From contig WJJI01000014.1 in assembly GCA_014729795.1 (NCBI GenBank), forward strand, positions 757-64,756: a stretch of DNA of 64,000 nt, read 5' to 3'. Under the pieces are notes generated by a model. The model had not been told where the DNA came from. It saw only the letters and a program-made list of their open reading frames with translations, and searched no databases. Made by a program: the position numbers and the translations under genes. The DNA comes from Candidatus Moraniibacteriota bacterium (GTDB lineage: Bacteria > Patescibacteriota > Minisyncoccia > CAIUEV01 > JAHKAQ01). Shown here piece by piece: positions 30,041 through 39,956 of this stretch (position 1 is the stretch's first letter; each line of letters opens with the position of its first letter).

Positions 30041-31597
30041 ATGCAAACGCTATCCAATACTACAATTTATTTGATTTTATCGGTAATACTAGGCTTTTCT
30101 TTGTTTTTGCCAAAAACCAGCCAAGCGGCTGAAATTGGCAACGCCAGCGATAAAATGACAAGTCAACATGGCAATCATGCCTCCGGAGCAATTAGTGTTG
30201 GAACTCAGTGGGACCTAACTGATGGTTTGGCCGCCCTTGCCAATACCGATTATTTAATTATTCATGATGGAGACAGCCCAGCCGGCACGACTGATTCGCT
30301 TTGTGTTTGGTTTGATGTCAGCGGTTCAGACGCGGCGCCGGCAGCCTGTGTTTCCGGTTCGGATCAGCAAGCAGAAGCAACCCTCAATGGCCTAGCCAAC
30401 AACGGAGAAGCTGCCGCTTCCATAGAAGCGGCCATCAATAGCGCTAATCCTGAATTTCATGTCACCGCTGAGATCCACACTCTTAACGATAACCGCGTGC
30501 AGTTAACCAATGATCAAGCGGGCGCGAATGGCAACGTTACCATTACCGAGGTTATTGATAGCCAAGATATTGTCATTCAAGGCTTGGATGGCGGAGGTTC
30601 CAGGGCCGATCATGATATCCGGTTTTCAACGCCCTCGGGAGTAGACTCTCCCGCGGATAATATTGTTATCGCTTTTCCAACAGGCTGGGACCTTTCAAGC
30701 TTAACCGCAGCTGATGTTGCTTTGGCTCAAGGCGATTTAGGTGATTGTAATAATCCTAGCATTGTTTTTAATGATAAAATTTTGCAATCCGGAGCTCCTG
30801 GGGCAGGAATTTGGGGGGTTTCGTTTTCAGGGCAACGAATCACCCTCTCCGCTCCCATAGACACGTCAACCGGAGAAATTATCACGGGTAGATGTGTTCA
30901 AATTAGAATTGGACTCAATGCCGGCGGAGCGGCCCAAATCGTTAACGCTAACGCTCAAGGCCCGGCTGGAGCCGACCAAGGTGATAGTGAATTAATTAAT
31001 ATAGGCGGCACCTTTGGCGATAAAGGCAATATCGCGGTCGCCCTTACCAACCGAGATATTATTTTTATTCAGGGTCGAGTAGAGCCAATTTTTAACTTTG
31101 ATGTTTTGCAAAATTTATGCGATTTAGGAGTTCTTGACGTGGCTTCTACTAAAACTTGTTCGGTAATATTTAATGTGGATACTAATGCGGGTAGCGGAGT
31201 CTCGGTTGAATATTCAGCGCCCAACTTATTAACCAATGGCGCCAGTCAGGAAATTGATCCAATCTCCAACGGCGACGGCAACGAAACTCCAGCCAACCCC
31301 GGAACCGAACAGTTTGGCATGAGAGCCTATGTATCCAACACTCCTGTCAATCCGATTTCGATTAACGATGGAGCGGCAACCGGAGACTATAACGGCGCCG
31401 GCTATGCCATGTATGTTAGCGGTGGAGCAGCTTACGTGCCGGACACAGCTCAAGATATGGCCGATATCTTAGCGACCAGCGTTGGTGGAATTGACAACAA
31501 TGAAGTCACTATTGAATTTATGGCTGACATTCAACCCTTAACTCCGGCTGGTGTTTACACAACAGATTACACTATAATTGCGACCGCGACTTATTAA
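30041..31597 (+). CDS. secreted beta-rich surface protein with a WxL/CsuA-like C-terminus
   Basis: Signal peptide (SQA); ends TPAGVYTTDYTIIATATY; directly upstream of a DUF916-like gene. Confidence 0.6.
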   Translation: MQTLSNTTIYLILSVILGFSLFLPKTSQAAEIGNASDKMTSQHGNHASGAISVGTQWDLTDGLAALANTDYLIIHDGDSPAGTTDSLCVWFDVSGSDAAPAACVSGSDQQAEATLNGLANNGEAAASIEAAINSANPEFHVTAEIHTLNDNRVQLTNDQAGANGNVTITEVIDSQDIVIQGLDGGGSRADHDIRFSTPSGVDSPADNIVIAFPTGWDLSSLTAADVALAQGDLGDCNNPSIVFNDKILQSGAPGAGIWGVSFSGQRITLSAPIDTSTGEIITGRCVQIRIGLNAGGAAQIVNANAQGPAGADQGDSELINIGGTFGDKGNIAVALTNRDIIFIQGRVEPIFNFDVLQNLCDLGVLDVASTKTCSVIFNVDTNAGSGVSVEYSAPNLLTNGASQEIDPISNGDGNETPANPGTEQFGMRAYVSNTPVNPISINDGAATGDYNGAGYAMYVSGGAAYVPDTAQDMADILATSVGGIDNNEVTIEFMADIQPLTPAGVYTTDYTIIATATY

Positions 31598-31606
31598 ATA
31601 TTTTAG

Positions 31607-32560
31607 ATGATCAACAAAAGCCTGAGCCTATTGTTTTTAGCGGTTTTCATTTGGATTGGATCCGCTACCTTGGTCAAAGCTATCGGATTCACCCCGGTTT
31701 CAGTTGATATCAAAGCGGCTCCGGGACAATCCTACCAAGATTCAATTAAAGTCATTAACAGAAGCGAGAAAGTTATTTATTACCATATAATCCTAAAAGC
31801 TTTTCGCGCCAGTCAAGCCAAGGCTGGCTCGCCAAAATTTTCAGGCAACGAGCTGAGCGATCAAGAAAAAGAGTTTTTAAATTGGATTAAAGTTCAAGAT
31901 CAAGTAATTCAGTTACAACCAAAACAAGTCAAACGAGTTAAATATCAAATTACTGTTCCGGAAGAGGCTCAAGCGGGGGGTTATTATTTTGGAATTTTAT
32001 TTTCAAAAACCGGACAAGATGTTAACAAACAAGCCTTAGGCATGAGAGGCTTAAGCGGCCCGATTTTTTTAATGACTGTAACCGGAAATTTAATTTATGA
32101 TTTTCAATTAAAAGAATTCCGGTTATCGCTTGACCCAGAGCATCAAAACTTAACCTGCTCGGTAAATCTTGAAAACAAAGGCAATGTTCATGTCAAACCT
32201 CAAGGAAAAATTCAATTTAAACAAAACGGTCTATTTTTAAACAACCAGCAGTTAATTGAAAGCAGAGATTTTAATATTCTATCAGGCGACCACTCCGGCA
32301 GCATTTTACCCAAAACCAATCGAAAATGGGTTTTTGACTTTGCAGTAAAAAGCTTGCCTTTATTTTGGACAAAATATCAATGCCAGCTTGATATTGTTTA
32401 TCAAGATATCCACATCAATCAAAAACGCGATACTACCTATATTAATTGGCGATCCATCATCGCTATTTTAACAATAATCGCAATTCTTTCTCTGGTAATC
32501 CTGACCATTAAATGGCTAGCAATGATCAAAGCCGGAAAGGAAATCTCATCTCAAAGGTAA
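31607..32560 (+). CDS. DUF916/WxL-interacting-protein-like chaperone with a C-terminal TM
   Basis: APGQSYQDSIKVIN, WIKV...IQLQPKQ.K.VKYQITVPEEAQAGGYYFGI, ENKGNVHVKPQG, C-terminal TM. Confidence 0.7.
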   Translation: MINKSLSLLFLAVFIWIGSATLVKAIGFTPVSVDIKAAPGQSYQDSIKVINRSEKVIYYHIILKAFRASQAKAGSPKFSGNELSDQEKEFLNWIKVQDQVIQLQPKQVKRVKYQITVPEEAQAGGYYFGILFSKTGQDVNKQALGMRGLSGPIFLMTVTGNLIYDFQLKEFRLSLDPEHQNLTCSVNLENKGNVHVKPQGKIQFKQNGLFLNNQQLIESRDFNILSGDHSGSILPKTNRKWVFDFAVKSLPLFWTKYQCQLDIVYQDIHINQKRDTTYINWRSIIAILTIIAILSLVILTIKWLAMIKAGKEISSQR

Positions 32561-32574
32561 AATAATTAAAACCC

Positions 32575-32603
32575 TTGATTTATTTTTAGTTTTATTGTAT
32601 TAT
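32575..32603 (+). promoter_or_regulatory. putative sigma70 promoter
   Basis: TTGATT, 17 bp spacer, TATTAT, upstream of ORF 32669. Confidence 0.45.
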
Positions 32604-32668
32604 CAGTTATCAATTTAAAAAAAAATCATTAATCAAATTAATCAATAAGAGATTTATATTATTTAAAC

Positions 32669-33694
32669 ATGAACAAGCTTAATTTTTGGCAAAAACAGCC
32701 TGAAGGTTCGTCAAAAAACGCGCTTTTCAATGCTGATGATTTAAATATCAGCCCACAAGCTTTTCAAAAAGCCGAGCAAGAAGCTAGAAAAAAAAGAAAA
32801 AAACGAGGACTAATCAAAACCTCTGTTAGATGGCTACTTGCTATTGTTATTATGGGGATTTTAATAATGTTTGGCTTTTTTTACTACCAGCAAAATCAAA
32901 AAGCTCAAGCTCTGGATAAGGAGCTTTATCTAAAATCTCGAGATTTCGCGGTTTTTGTTGAATTGGTAAATGATCTGGCCACTGAAAAAACCCCAAAAAC
33001 TAACGGAGAAAGCAAAGATTTATACATCAAAAGAATGGAAAAAGAAAAACAAGATATTGAGCAAACCCTAACCAAGCTCGAAGAAATTAAGAGTAAAGAC
33101 CAAGAAAACCAGTGGTATTATTTAGAATCGCATAGCAAACTAAAAGATTTTTATAATCAAGCCCAGCAACTTTTAACCGAGTATTACCAATTATATACTT
33201 ACGAAATCAAATCTGAGCAACACGCGGTCAATTTGGAAGCGCAAAAAAACAAATTTGAAATTTTACACAAAACAACCGAAAACGTCAACGAACTTAAAGG
33301 ACCAACCGATGAATTTATGCAAGCGGTTGACCAATCTATTCAAGAATTGCAAAAGCTTCAGCCACCGACCGAGCTGCAAGCATATCATAATAAATCCATA
33401 ACTTTTATGGAGTCTTATTCTCTGATTCTGCATCGAATATCTCAAGGGTTAGAAAAGAAAATAAATGGAGCCAACGAATTAGAGTATTTAAAAGCGGTTC
33501 AGGTTTATAATGAATTTGTGGAAGACGGCTCCACCGTTAAAAATCTGGAAAAAATTAGAGAATACTATTACCAAGAAATTCAAGATAAATTCAAAAATTT
33601 ACGAAGACAAGCGGATGAAACCAAAGAACTGCTTATCCGAGAAAGCGAGAAAACAGACGCTGAAATAGCCAGAATTAATATTGAACACTGGTAA
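32669..33694 (+). CDS. single-TM helical/coiled-coil hypothetical protein
   Basis: Basic stretch, one TM, long E/K/Q-rich helical ectodomain. Confidence 0.75.
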   Translation: MNKLNFWQKQPEGSSKNALFNADDLNISPQAFQKAEQEARKKRKKRGLIKTSVRWLLAIVIMGILIMFGFFYYQQNQKAQALDKELYLKSRDFAVFVELVNDLATEKTPKTNGESKDLYIKRMEKEKQDIEQTLTKLEEIKSKDQENQWYYLESHSKLKDFYNQAQQLLTEYYQLYTYEIKSEQHAVNLEAQKNKFEILHKTTENVNELKGPTDEFMQAVDQSIQELQKLQPPTELQAYHNKSITFMESYSLILHRISQGLEKKINGANELEYLKAVQVYNEFVEDGSTVKNLEKIREYYYQEIQDKFKNLRRQADETKELLIRESEKTDAEIARINIEHW

Positions 33695-33695
33695 A

Positions 33696-34598
33696 ATGGC
33701 TGAAGTCAAAGAGGCAAAACCTAAAATTATAGCAGTTGTTGGTCCAACCGCTTGCGGTAAAACTCAACTTGCCGTTAAACTGGCTAAAAAATTTCAAGGA
33801 GAAATTGTCTCGGCCGATTCAAGGCAAATTTATAAAGGCCTGGATATTGGCACCGGCAAAGACTTGGCTCTTTATGGCGACACCCCTTATCATTTAATTG
33901 ATATTGTTAAGCCCACTCGAAAATTTAGCTTAGCGCAATATCAAAAAAAAGCCTATAAGGCTATCAGTACAATTTTAAGCAACAATAAGCTTCCAATTAT
34001 GTGTGGCGGCGCCGGTTTATATGTTAAGGCCGTGGTCCGGGGGTTGCAACTACCTCAAGTCAAGCCGGATCAAAAACTCCGTAAGAAATTGGAAAAAGCT
34101 ACGCCTGAACAAAGAACCGCAATTCTTGAAAAATATCAAGCCGCCGACCAAATTGATTTAAAAAATCCACATCGAGTTATCCGAGCAATAGAAATCTGCA
34201 AAGCAGCCGGAGCAAATTTTTTTAAAACTAAAACACGAAAAAATCCCCAATATCGAACTTTGCAAATAGGCATCAAGTATTCAATTGATCAAATTAGAGC
34301 CAGAATTAAAACAAGAGTTAATCAATGGCTGGAGCAGGGTTTGATTAGCGAAGTCAAACAACTCCATGATCATGGCTTAAGTTTCAAGCGGCTTGAAGAG
34401 CTTGGTTTGGAATATCGATATGTAAGCTATTTTCTTGACAATAAGTTTGATTATCAAACCATGGTTGATAAATTAATTACCGGCACTGGCCAGTATGCCA
34501 AAAAGCAAATTACCTGGTTTAAAAAACAAAAAGGCATTTACTGGATAAAAAGTCCCGACAAGGCTGAAGAGTTAGTCGAGCAATTTTTACAAAAGTAG
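33696..34598 (+). CDS. miaA: tRNA dimethylallyltransferase
   Basis: GPTACGKT, SADSRQIYKGLDIGTGK, GGAGLY, RVIRAIE, YAKKQITWF. Confidence 0.95.
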   Translation: MAEVKEAKPKIIAVVGPTACGKTQLAVKLAKKFQGEIVSADSRQIYKGLDIGTGKDLALYGDTPYHLIDIVKPTRKFSLAQYQKKAYKAISTILSNNKLPIMCGGAGLYVKAVVRGLQLPQVKPDQKLRKKLEKATPEQRTAILEKYQAADQIDLKNPHRVIRAIEICKAAGANFFKTKTRKNPQYRTLQIGIKYSIDQIRARIKTRVNQWLEQGLISEVKQLHDHGLSFKRLEELGLEYRYVSYFLDNKFDYQTMVDKLITGTGQYAKKQITWFKKQKGIYWIKSPDKAEELVEQFLQK

Positions 34599-34617
34599 AA
34601 TAAGCCTTCACTCAAGG

Positions 34618-34691
34618 AGCCAAGAATGGGGTTCGAACCCATGACCTGCGCGTTACGAATGCGCTGCTCTAGCCAGCTGAGCTATCTTGGC
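34618..34691 (-). tRNA. tRNA-Thr(CGT), discriminator U, full CCA not encoded
   Basis: GCCAAGATAGCTCAGCTGGCTAGAGCAGCGCATTCGTAACGCGCAGGTCATGGGTTCGAACCCCATTCTTGGCT. Confidence 0.95.
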
Positions 34692-34785
34692 CAAAGTATG
34701 AGTAAATAATCAAATCAATTAAAAAACCACGACCAACTGCTTTTTGATATTCAACCAATTCCATTTATAGCTATCAAATTTAAAC

Positions 34786-35616
34786 TTAGTTTTTATTATA
34801 AACAGTCTGTTCATATTCATTTAGATTGGTGTTTTTAAAATAAAGCCGACCCGTTTTTTGATCCCAAATATATTGATCCGGCAATACAATTATCTCGTGT
34901 TTTTTAAGCTCTTGGTTTAACCAACAGTTAAATTCGCATTGGTCAGCGGCTCCCGCCTGTTCAACAATTAAGCCCTGATCAATTAAACTTTGCTTTAAAA
35001 ACTCTCGCTGGACATATTTTTTTACTATTTGATTTTGAAATCGATCAAAGTCCATATCATAAATTTGTTCTAGCTTTTGTTCTGTTTTGATTTGGCCAGA
35101 GTTTAAATTAGCGATTTTTTCGGCCTCAGCTTGAATTTCTTTCCTGGAAGGTTGGTAGTTATACCGTTCTTGATTGATTTTTTCAATAATCTTATCTTCA
35201 ATCATTGTTTTAAGAATATTTTTTTTAGTCACTTGAAAAAAATCAACTCCGGTTTGTCCGCTTAAATCATATTCGGGTATATTTGTGATTACTGATTGTA
35301 AATTATGATAGCGCCGTAAGGTTTCAATTTGATTTTGATAATCCTTGTAGTTAATATTTGTTTTTCTATCAATAATCACTACCGGATAACTAAAAAAGCC
35401 GCTTATGTTTTGAGTAAAAGCATTATTCCAACCCCAGAAATAAATGCCAAAAGCCACAATTAAGTTTAAAATTATAAAACCACCAATTATCAGCATTAAA
35501 AGATTTATCAAGGTAATGGCAGGAAATTTAATTTTTTTTATCCCACCCCAGGTTTTTTCAACATAATTCTTTTTTTTACTCGCTTTTTTAGCGGTTTTAG
35601 TTTTCTTTTTGGTCAT
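34786..35616 (-). CDS. SurA N-terminal-domain-like membrane-anchored foldase
   Basis: One TM, then YPVVII, ILKTMIEDKIIE, LEQIYDMDFDRF and FNCWLNQELKK; resembles PrsA/SurA without a PPIase domain. Confidence 0.6.
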   Translation of the reverse strand: MTKKKTKTAKKASKKKNYVEKTWGGIKKIKFPAITLINLLMLIIGGFIILNLIVAFGIYFWGWNNAFTQNISGFFSYPVVIIDRKTNINYKDYQNQIETLRRYHNLQSVITNIPEYDLSGQTGVDFFQVTKKNILKTMIEDKIIEKINQERYNYQPSRKEIQAEAEKIANLNSGQIKTEQKLEQIYDMDFDRFQNQIVKKYVQREFLKQSLIDQGLIVEQAGAADQCEFNCWLNQELKKHEIIVLPDQYIWDQKTGRLYFKNTNLNEYEQTVYNKN

Positions 35617-35629
35617 ATTCTTGCCTTGA

Positions 35630-36100
35630 TTAATTATTATACCTTGAACTGAAAAAATAATCCCACCATTTAATTGGATTGGGTTTTTGAATTTTTACCG
35701 GTTCTTGATTTTGACTTTTATCGGTCTGGTTTGTTTGCTCCGCTCCTTTCTGTTCTTCGGTCTCTGCTTCTTTTGCCGGCTTTACCTTAACAATCGCTAC
35801 CTTCTCTCCGTTTTTACGAACATTTAATTTTTCTTTGGCTTCTTTTTCAATAAAATTACGAGTTTTAAAATATTCTAACTCGCCGCGTAATTTTTGGTTG
35901 TTTCTTTCAAATTCTTGAGCTTTGGTTTTTTCCTCCTGAACAATTTTTTTAATTTGGTATTTACGGTAAACTACCTTTACCATCCAGTATGACCAAACTG
36001 CTAAAAAGGCAAGTAAAATAAGCATAAAAAATTTATTCCAAAAGTTTCCCTTCCGGGGACTAAGAGATACCGGTTCTTCATTTTCCATGTTTTTGCTCAT
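35630..36100 (-). CDS. septum formation initiator (FtsB/DivIC family)
   Basis: TM plus coiled coil, FIEKEAKEKLNVRKNGEKV, C-terminal NPIKWWDYFF. Confidence 0.8.
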   Translation of the reverse strand: MSKNMENEEPVSLSPRKGNFWNKFFMLILLAFLAVWSYWMVKVVYRKYQIKKIVQEEKTKAQEFERNNQKLRGELEYFKTRNFIEKEAKEKLNVRKNGEKVAIVKVKPAKEAETEEQKGAEQTNQTDKSQNQEPVKIQKPNPIKWWDYFFSSRYNN

Positions 36101-36578
36101 TGGTTCTTTTTTTTAACTTATTCAGATTGGCCATTAGCATTTCCGGATCTCTAATATTGAAGGCCACTATTTTCCCGCCCTCTTTAACGTCAATAACCAA
36201 GGCGCCAAAATTAAAAAAGTTTTGAACAAACCCTTGTTTGAAAGCGGATATGTTAGCGATATCAGAAATTAACACCTCGGTAACCACCCTTTTGGAAAGA
36301 TTGTGTTGGTTTACATCAATAATTTTTTGATCGGTAATTACCAAGCTGATTGCGTACCAAATAATAAATTTATAAACAAGGTAGGCAAAACTAAACATCA
36401 AAATCAACACCAAAATAATGGTTCTAGCAATATGAGCCGGTAAAAAATAATAAATGCTGGCAACCACTCCAAGTAAAACCAAAAGTTGAAAAATCAATCC
36501 GGCCAATGTTAAAAAATGCTGTCTTTCAATTGCCAACAGCTCTTCGTCTTTAAATAAACTAATGGTAAATAATGACAT
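36078..36578 (-). CDS. bacterial PH-domain membrane protein
   Basis: Two TMs, VITDQKIIDVNQ, QNFFNFGALVI. Confidence 0.75.
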   Translation of the reverse strand: MSLFTISLFKDEELLAIERQHFLTLAGLIFQLLVLLGVVASIYYFLPAHIARTIILVLILMFSFAYLVYKFIIWYAISLVITDQKIIDVNQHNLSKRVVTEVLISDIANISAFKQGFVQNFFNFGALVIDVKEGGKIVAFNIRDPEMLMANLNKLKKRTNEQKHGK

Positions 36579-36661
36579 TAATTATTTTAAATACTATAGC
36601 AAATTATGTTTTATCACTAGGCTTGGCTGCTGTATTGATTTGCTCGCATTTCTTGTTAATT

Positions 36662-36760
36662 TTACCGAAAAAGTGGAATAATAGTAAACACAATCATGCC
36701 AATCAGCAACAAAACCGCGATCATGATCTTAATAGTTTTTAAAATTTTTTTCTTCTTCAT
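36662..36760 (-). CDS. small single-TM protein, 32 aa (not in the ORF track)
   Basis: MKKKKILKTIKIMIAVLLLIGMIVFTIIPLFR*; basic N-terminus plus TM, same strand as the downstream genes. Confidence 0.55.
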   Translation of the reverse strand: MKKKKILKTIKIMIAVLLLIGMIVFTIIPLFR

Positions 36761-36953
36761 AGTCAATATTATAATACATTTTTCTCGCAAGAGCTAATTT
36801 TAGTATTAGTAATTAGCTCAAATTTAATTGACCGATAGCGGTTTTTTAAAAAAGAGCCTTTCTCCGCCTATTTTAAAATGTCGATGTTAAAATAAGTACT
36901 TTCCCTTAAAACGACCTTAATCTATTTTGTATTTTAGGGTATTTAGCCTTAAC

Positions 36954-36992
36954 ATCAAAAAAACACTCACTACATAGCAAGTGTTTTTTGAT
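36954..36992. terminator. probable bidirectional intrinsic terminator
   Basis: ATCAAAAAAACACT-N12-AGTGTTTTTTGAT, downstream of ORF 37064-37570. Confidence 0.5.
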
Positions 36993-37063
36993 TGTGTTTT
37001 ATTTTTATAAAACCAATGAAATACGTTTTTTTATAAAGCTATTCGTTTTAAGCCAAGCTCCTG

Positions 37064-37570
37064 CTACTTTTTACTCGACTGTTGAGCCGAAGCCTGAGCT
37101 TTACCTTTACCGCTAAAAGCGAAAATCGCTGGAATAATTATGTTGCCCAAGGGCAGGATCACAAATAGCCCCACCCACGTCGGGTAACCCAATTTTTCGC
37201 CCACTTTCATAAAGCAGTAAGCTAAAAGAATAATAGCTCCAATTCCCACAATAAAATTAACAATAGGAATTATTAGGGCCAAAAAACCCAAAGCTATCCA
37301 GGGAGAAAGATTTGCGCCTTTAAGCAAGACCACAAATTGAGCTATCGGGATCCAAGCTATCCAGGGCTTGTCCTGATTTAACTTCTTAGCTATTTTGTAT
37401 AAACAAAAGCTGTAAAATACATATATAACTACAGTAATCATCAGCATGGGAACCATAAAACCAATCGCCCAAGTAATTAAATTCTCGGTAGGTATTTCAC
37501 TCGTACTTGAAAATTCCACCATGGTATCGAAATCGGATTGTGAATCCATTTCGTAAGTATTTTCATTCAT
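37064..37570 (-). CDS. membrane protein (DUF5684-like)
   Basis: LYKIAKKL...WIAWIPI...VGEKLG pattern; strong SD AAAGGGGGTGA. Confidence 0.7.
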   Translation of the reverse strand: MNENTYEMDSQSDFDTMVEFSSTSEIPTENLITWAIGFMVPMLMITVVIYVFYSFCLYKIAKKLNQDKPWIAWIPIAQFVVLLKGANLSPWIALGFLALIIPIVNFIVGIGAIILLAYCFMKVGEKLGYPTWVGLFVILPLGNIIIPAIFAFSGKGKAQASAQQSSKK

Positions 37571-37871
37571 TATTTTTCACCCCCTTTCTTTATAGATTTA
37601 GATAGCGTTTTAAACCTTAACGCTTTTATAGTAATAAGAAGCTTAGCGCCAACATAAAAAAAAGGATTATTAATCCGTATATTATTTATTGGTTATTCTT
37701 TGACATTTGTTTTTTTGAAAAGCCTCTTATTCTTTCCAATTATTATAATAAAAAGCCAAGATAAGTAAAGAGGGCTTCAAATCTTAAATGCTAATTATTC
37801 TTGCTTCATTCATTCCGATTTTCTGGCATTGTTATTTTTGTCTTATTTTCTTTGAGATCAGCTTGTTCAAG

Positions 37872-38855
37872 CTATTTATCAAAATGTTCCTTTGCTTTAG
37901 CCATGCCAACTTCACAGCGATTATTCCAACCATCAAGAAATTTATGATTTTTTAAAACACAGATTATTTCGCAATTGTTTGGACAACCCTTACATTCAAA
38001 TCCTTGAGTTCTAAATTCTACATCCTGAATTGAAAAATCAAACAATTTTTTTGTACCCTGTTCTTGAGCGATAACCGCTATCCCAAAAGCGCCCATTAGA
38101 TGACCATTTTTATCCACAATTATTTGGCTGTTCAGGCTCTTTTCAAAAGCCTTGACAACTCCGATGTTTTTACTAACTCCGCCTTGGAAAATAATAGGCG
38201 CTAGAATTTTTTTACCCTTACCCACGTTGTTTAAATAGTTATCTACCACCGCGTTGCATAATCCGGCAATAATATCATGCTTAGGGTAACCCATTTGAGC
38301 TTTATGCACCAAGTCGGATTCGGCAAAAACCGTACATCGCCCGGCAATTTTAGCTGGATTTTTGGATTTGAGAGCCAGGGAGCCAAAATCTTTAATATTA
38401 ATTTCCAGGCGTTTTGATTGAGAGGTAAGAAAAGAACCGGTACCCGCAGCGCAAAGCGTGTTCATGGCGTAGTCCGCCACAATGCCTTTATCGATTATAA
38501 TTATTTTACTGTCTTGTCCTCCAATTTCCAAAACGGTTCTAATTTTAGGGTATAGAGTCAAAGCTCCAATTGCGTGCGCGGTAATTTCATTTTTAACAAT
38601 CTCTGCCTGTAGAATAGAGCCAATCAAATTTCTCGCGGATCCTGTCGCTCCAACCCAAGTAATTCTTCCCGGTCTCTCTTGCAATTGCTCCCGAACAGTT
38701 TTTAGGACATTTTTCATGGCCTGAATCGGATCTCCTTGGGTCCAAAGATAAGCCCGGGCTAATATTTTTTTATTTTGATCAATTACCACCGCTTTGGTTG
38801 AAATCGAACCGATATCAACTCCCAAAGAATAATATTGTTTATTTTTTTGTGGCAT
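37872..38855 (-). CDS. acyl-CoA dehydratase activase (BadF/BadG/BcrA/BcrD ATPase, Fe-S) with a C-terminal Cys motif
   Basis: GVDIGSISTK, EIGGQDSK, MNTLCAAGTG, RCTVFAES, FQGGVSKN; tail FECKGCPNNC...NRCE. Confidence 0.9.
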   Translation of the reverse strand: MPQKNKQYYSLGVDIGSISTKAVVIDQNKKILARAYLWTQGDPIQAMKNVLKTVREQLQERPGRITWVGATGSARNLIGSILQAEIVKNEITAHAIGALTLYPKIRTVLEIGGQDSKIIIIDKGIVADYAMNTLCAAGTGSFLTSQSKRLEINIKDFGSLALKSKNPAKIAGRCTVFAESDLVHKAQMGYPKHDIIAGLCNAVVDNYLNNVGKGKKILAPIIFQGGVSKNIGVVKAFEKSLNSQIIVDKNGHLMGAFGIAVIAQEQGTKKLFDFSIQDVEFRTQGFECKGCPNNCEIICVLKNHKFLDGWNNRCEVGMAKAKEHFDK

Positions 38856-39942
38856 TTTTTTTCATAGTTAACATGTCATAAAAAGCTTCTAATCTGGTTT
38901 GCATTCCTGTGTCTGATGTTTGGGCGTCAAAAGATAAATAAATAATCGGAAAATTGTATTTTTTGGAAATGTTTTGTAAAGCCGGCATAGCGTTAACCTC
39001 GGGGATGCAACCAAATGGTTTAATGTGGATCGCTCCATCAAAACCTTTTTTCGCCAGTTCGTTTGCCTTGCCAACGCTATCGGTACCATGTCCGCCAATA
39101 TGATATTTCAAAAAAGGTTTAGCGTGACGTAAATATTGGTTGACTTCATGATTAGGAATAATGCCGTTAAAAATTGAATGGTTCAGTAGGCCGGTTAGGG
39201 TAATAAATCGGTGCACCTCTACTCCCTTTGAAGCCAAAAATTTTTCAATATTATAATTTGAAAAAGGCTCTAACACTACGTAAAATTCTCCGACCACGCC
39301 GACTCTGAGCAAATTTTTCGGTTTCAGAATCGGTATATTTTCAAAAATTCGTAAATATTTTTTAGTAAGTTGCCGGGCTTGAGTAAAGGTTTCAGCCTGA
39401 TCTAATTTACTCAAAAAAAATTTAAATTGTTTTTCCAGTTGTCCCTTTTTTTTCTCAAAACCGATATTTTTGCGTAAAAAATCTTCAGCTTTTTCAATGC
39501 AACGACCCTTAAAATAAGCCAATAAAAAGGCCTTTAAAACTCTATAAAACGGTATTTTTGGATTGATTTTGTGAATATCCCCGATAATGTTTATTGGATT
39601 GCGTTTATTACGTAATTTAAAAAATTCAAAATCATAGCCAAGGTTTTCTAAAATGTGTTTTTGCGCCTCCCCGTAATACCCATATCGACAACCTCCACCG
39701 GCTTGTAGTAGTAGGTTAGCGCCCCGATCCAAAGCTTGAATATAGTTGCCTAAATTATACTTAAAAGGCACACAAACACTTTCGGGACTGTACCTAGATC
39801 CTAATTCAATAGTTTGCTTGGATATTGGCGGCGGAATAACAATTTCCAAATCAAGCGCTTTAAAAAAAGTCTTAAAAGTAATGTGGTAATTACCCATATG
39901 CGGAAAAGAAAGCCTGTATTGCTTGGTTTTTTTACGTTTCAT
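38839..39942 (-). CDS. 2-hydroxyacyl-CoA dehydratase-like (HGD-D/PlsR-like) Fe-S subunit
   Basis: SPESVCVPFK, GGCRYGYY, VGVVGEFYV, KPFGCIPE, GMQTRLEAF. Confidence 0.8.
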   Translation of the reverse strand: MKRKKTKQYRLSFPHMGNYHITFKTFFKALDLEIVIPPPISKQTIELGSRYSPESVCVPFKYNLGNYIQALDRGANLLLQAGGGCRYGYYGEAQKHILENLGYDFEFFKLRNKRNPINIIGDIHKINPKIPFYRVLKAFLLAYFKGRCIEKAEDFLRKNIGFEKKKGQLEKQFKFFLSKLDQAETFTQARQLTKKYLRIFENIPILKPKNLLRVGVVGEFYVVLEPFSNYNIEKFLASKGVEVHRFITLTGLLNHSIFNGIIPNHEVNQYLRHAKPFLKYHIGGHGTDSVGKANELAKKGFDGAIHIKPFGCIPEVNAMPALQNISKKYNFPIIYLSFDAQTSDTGMQTRLEAFYDMLTMKKNATKK

Positions 39943-39956
39943 TAATTGAGGAATCG

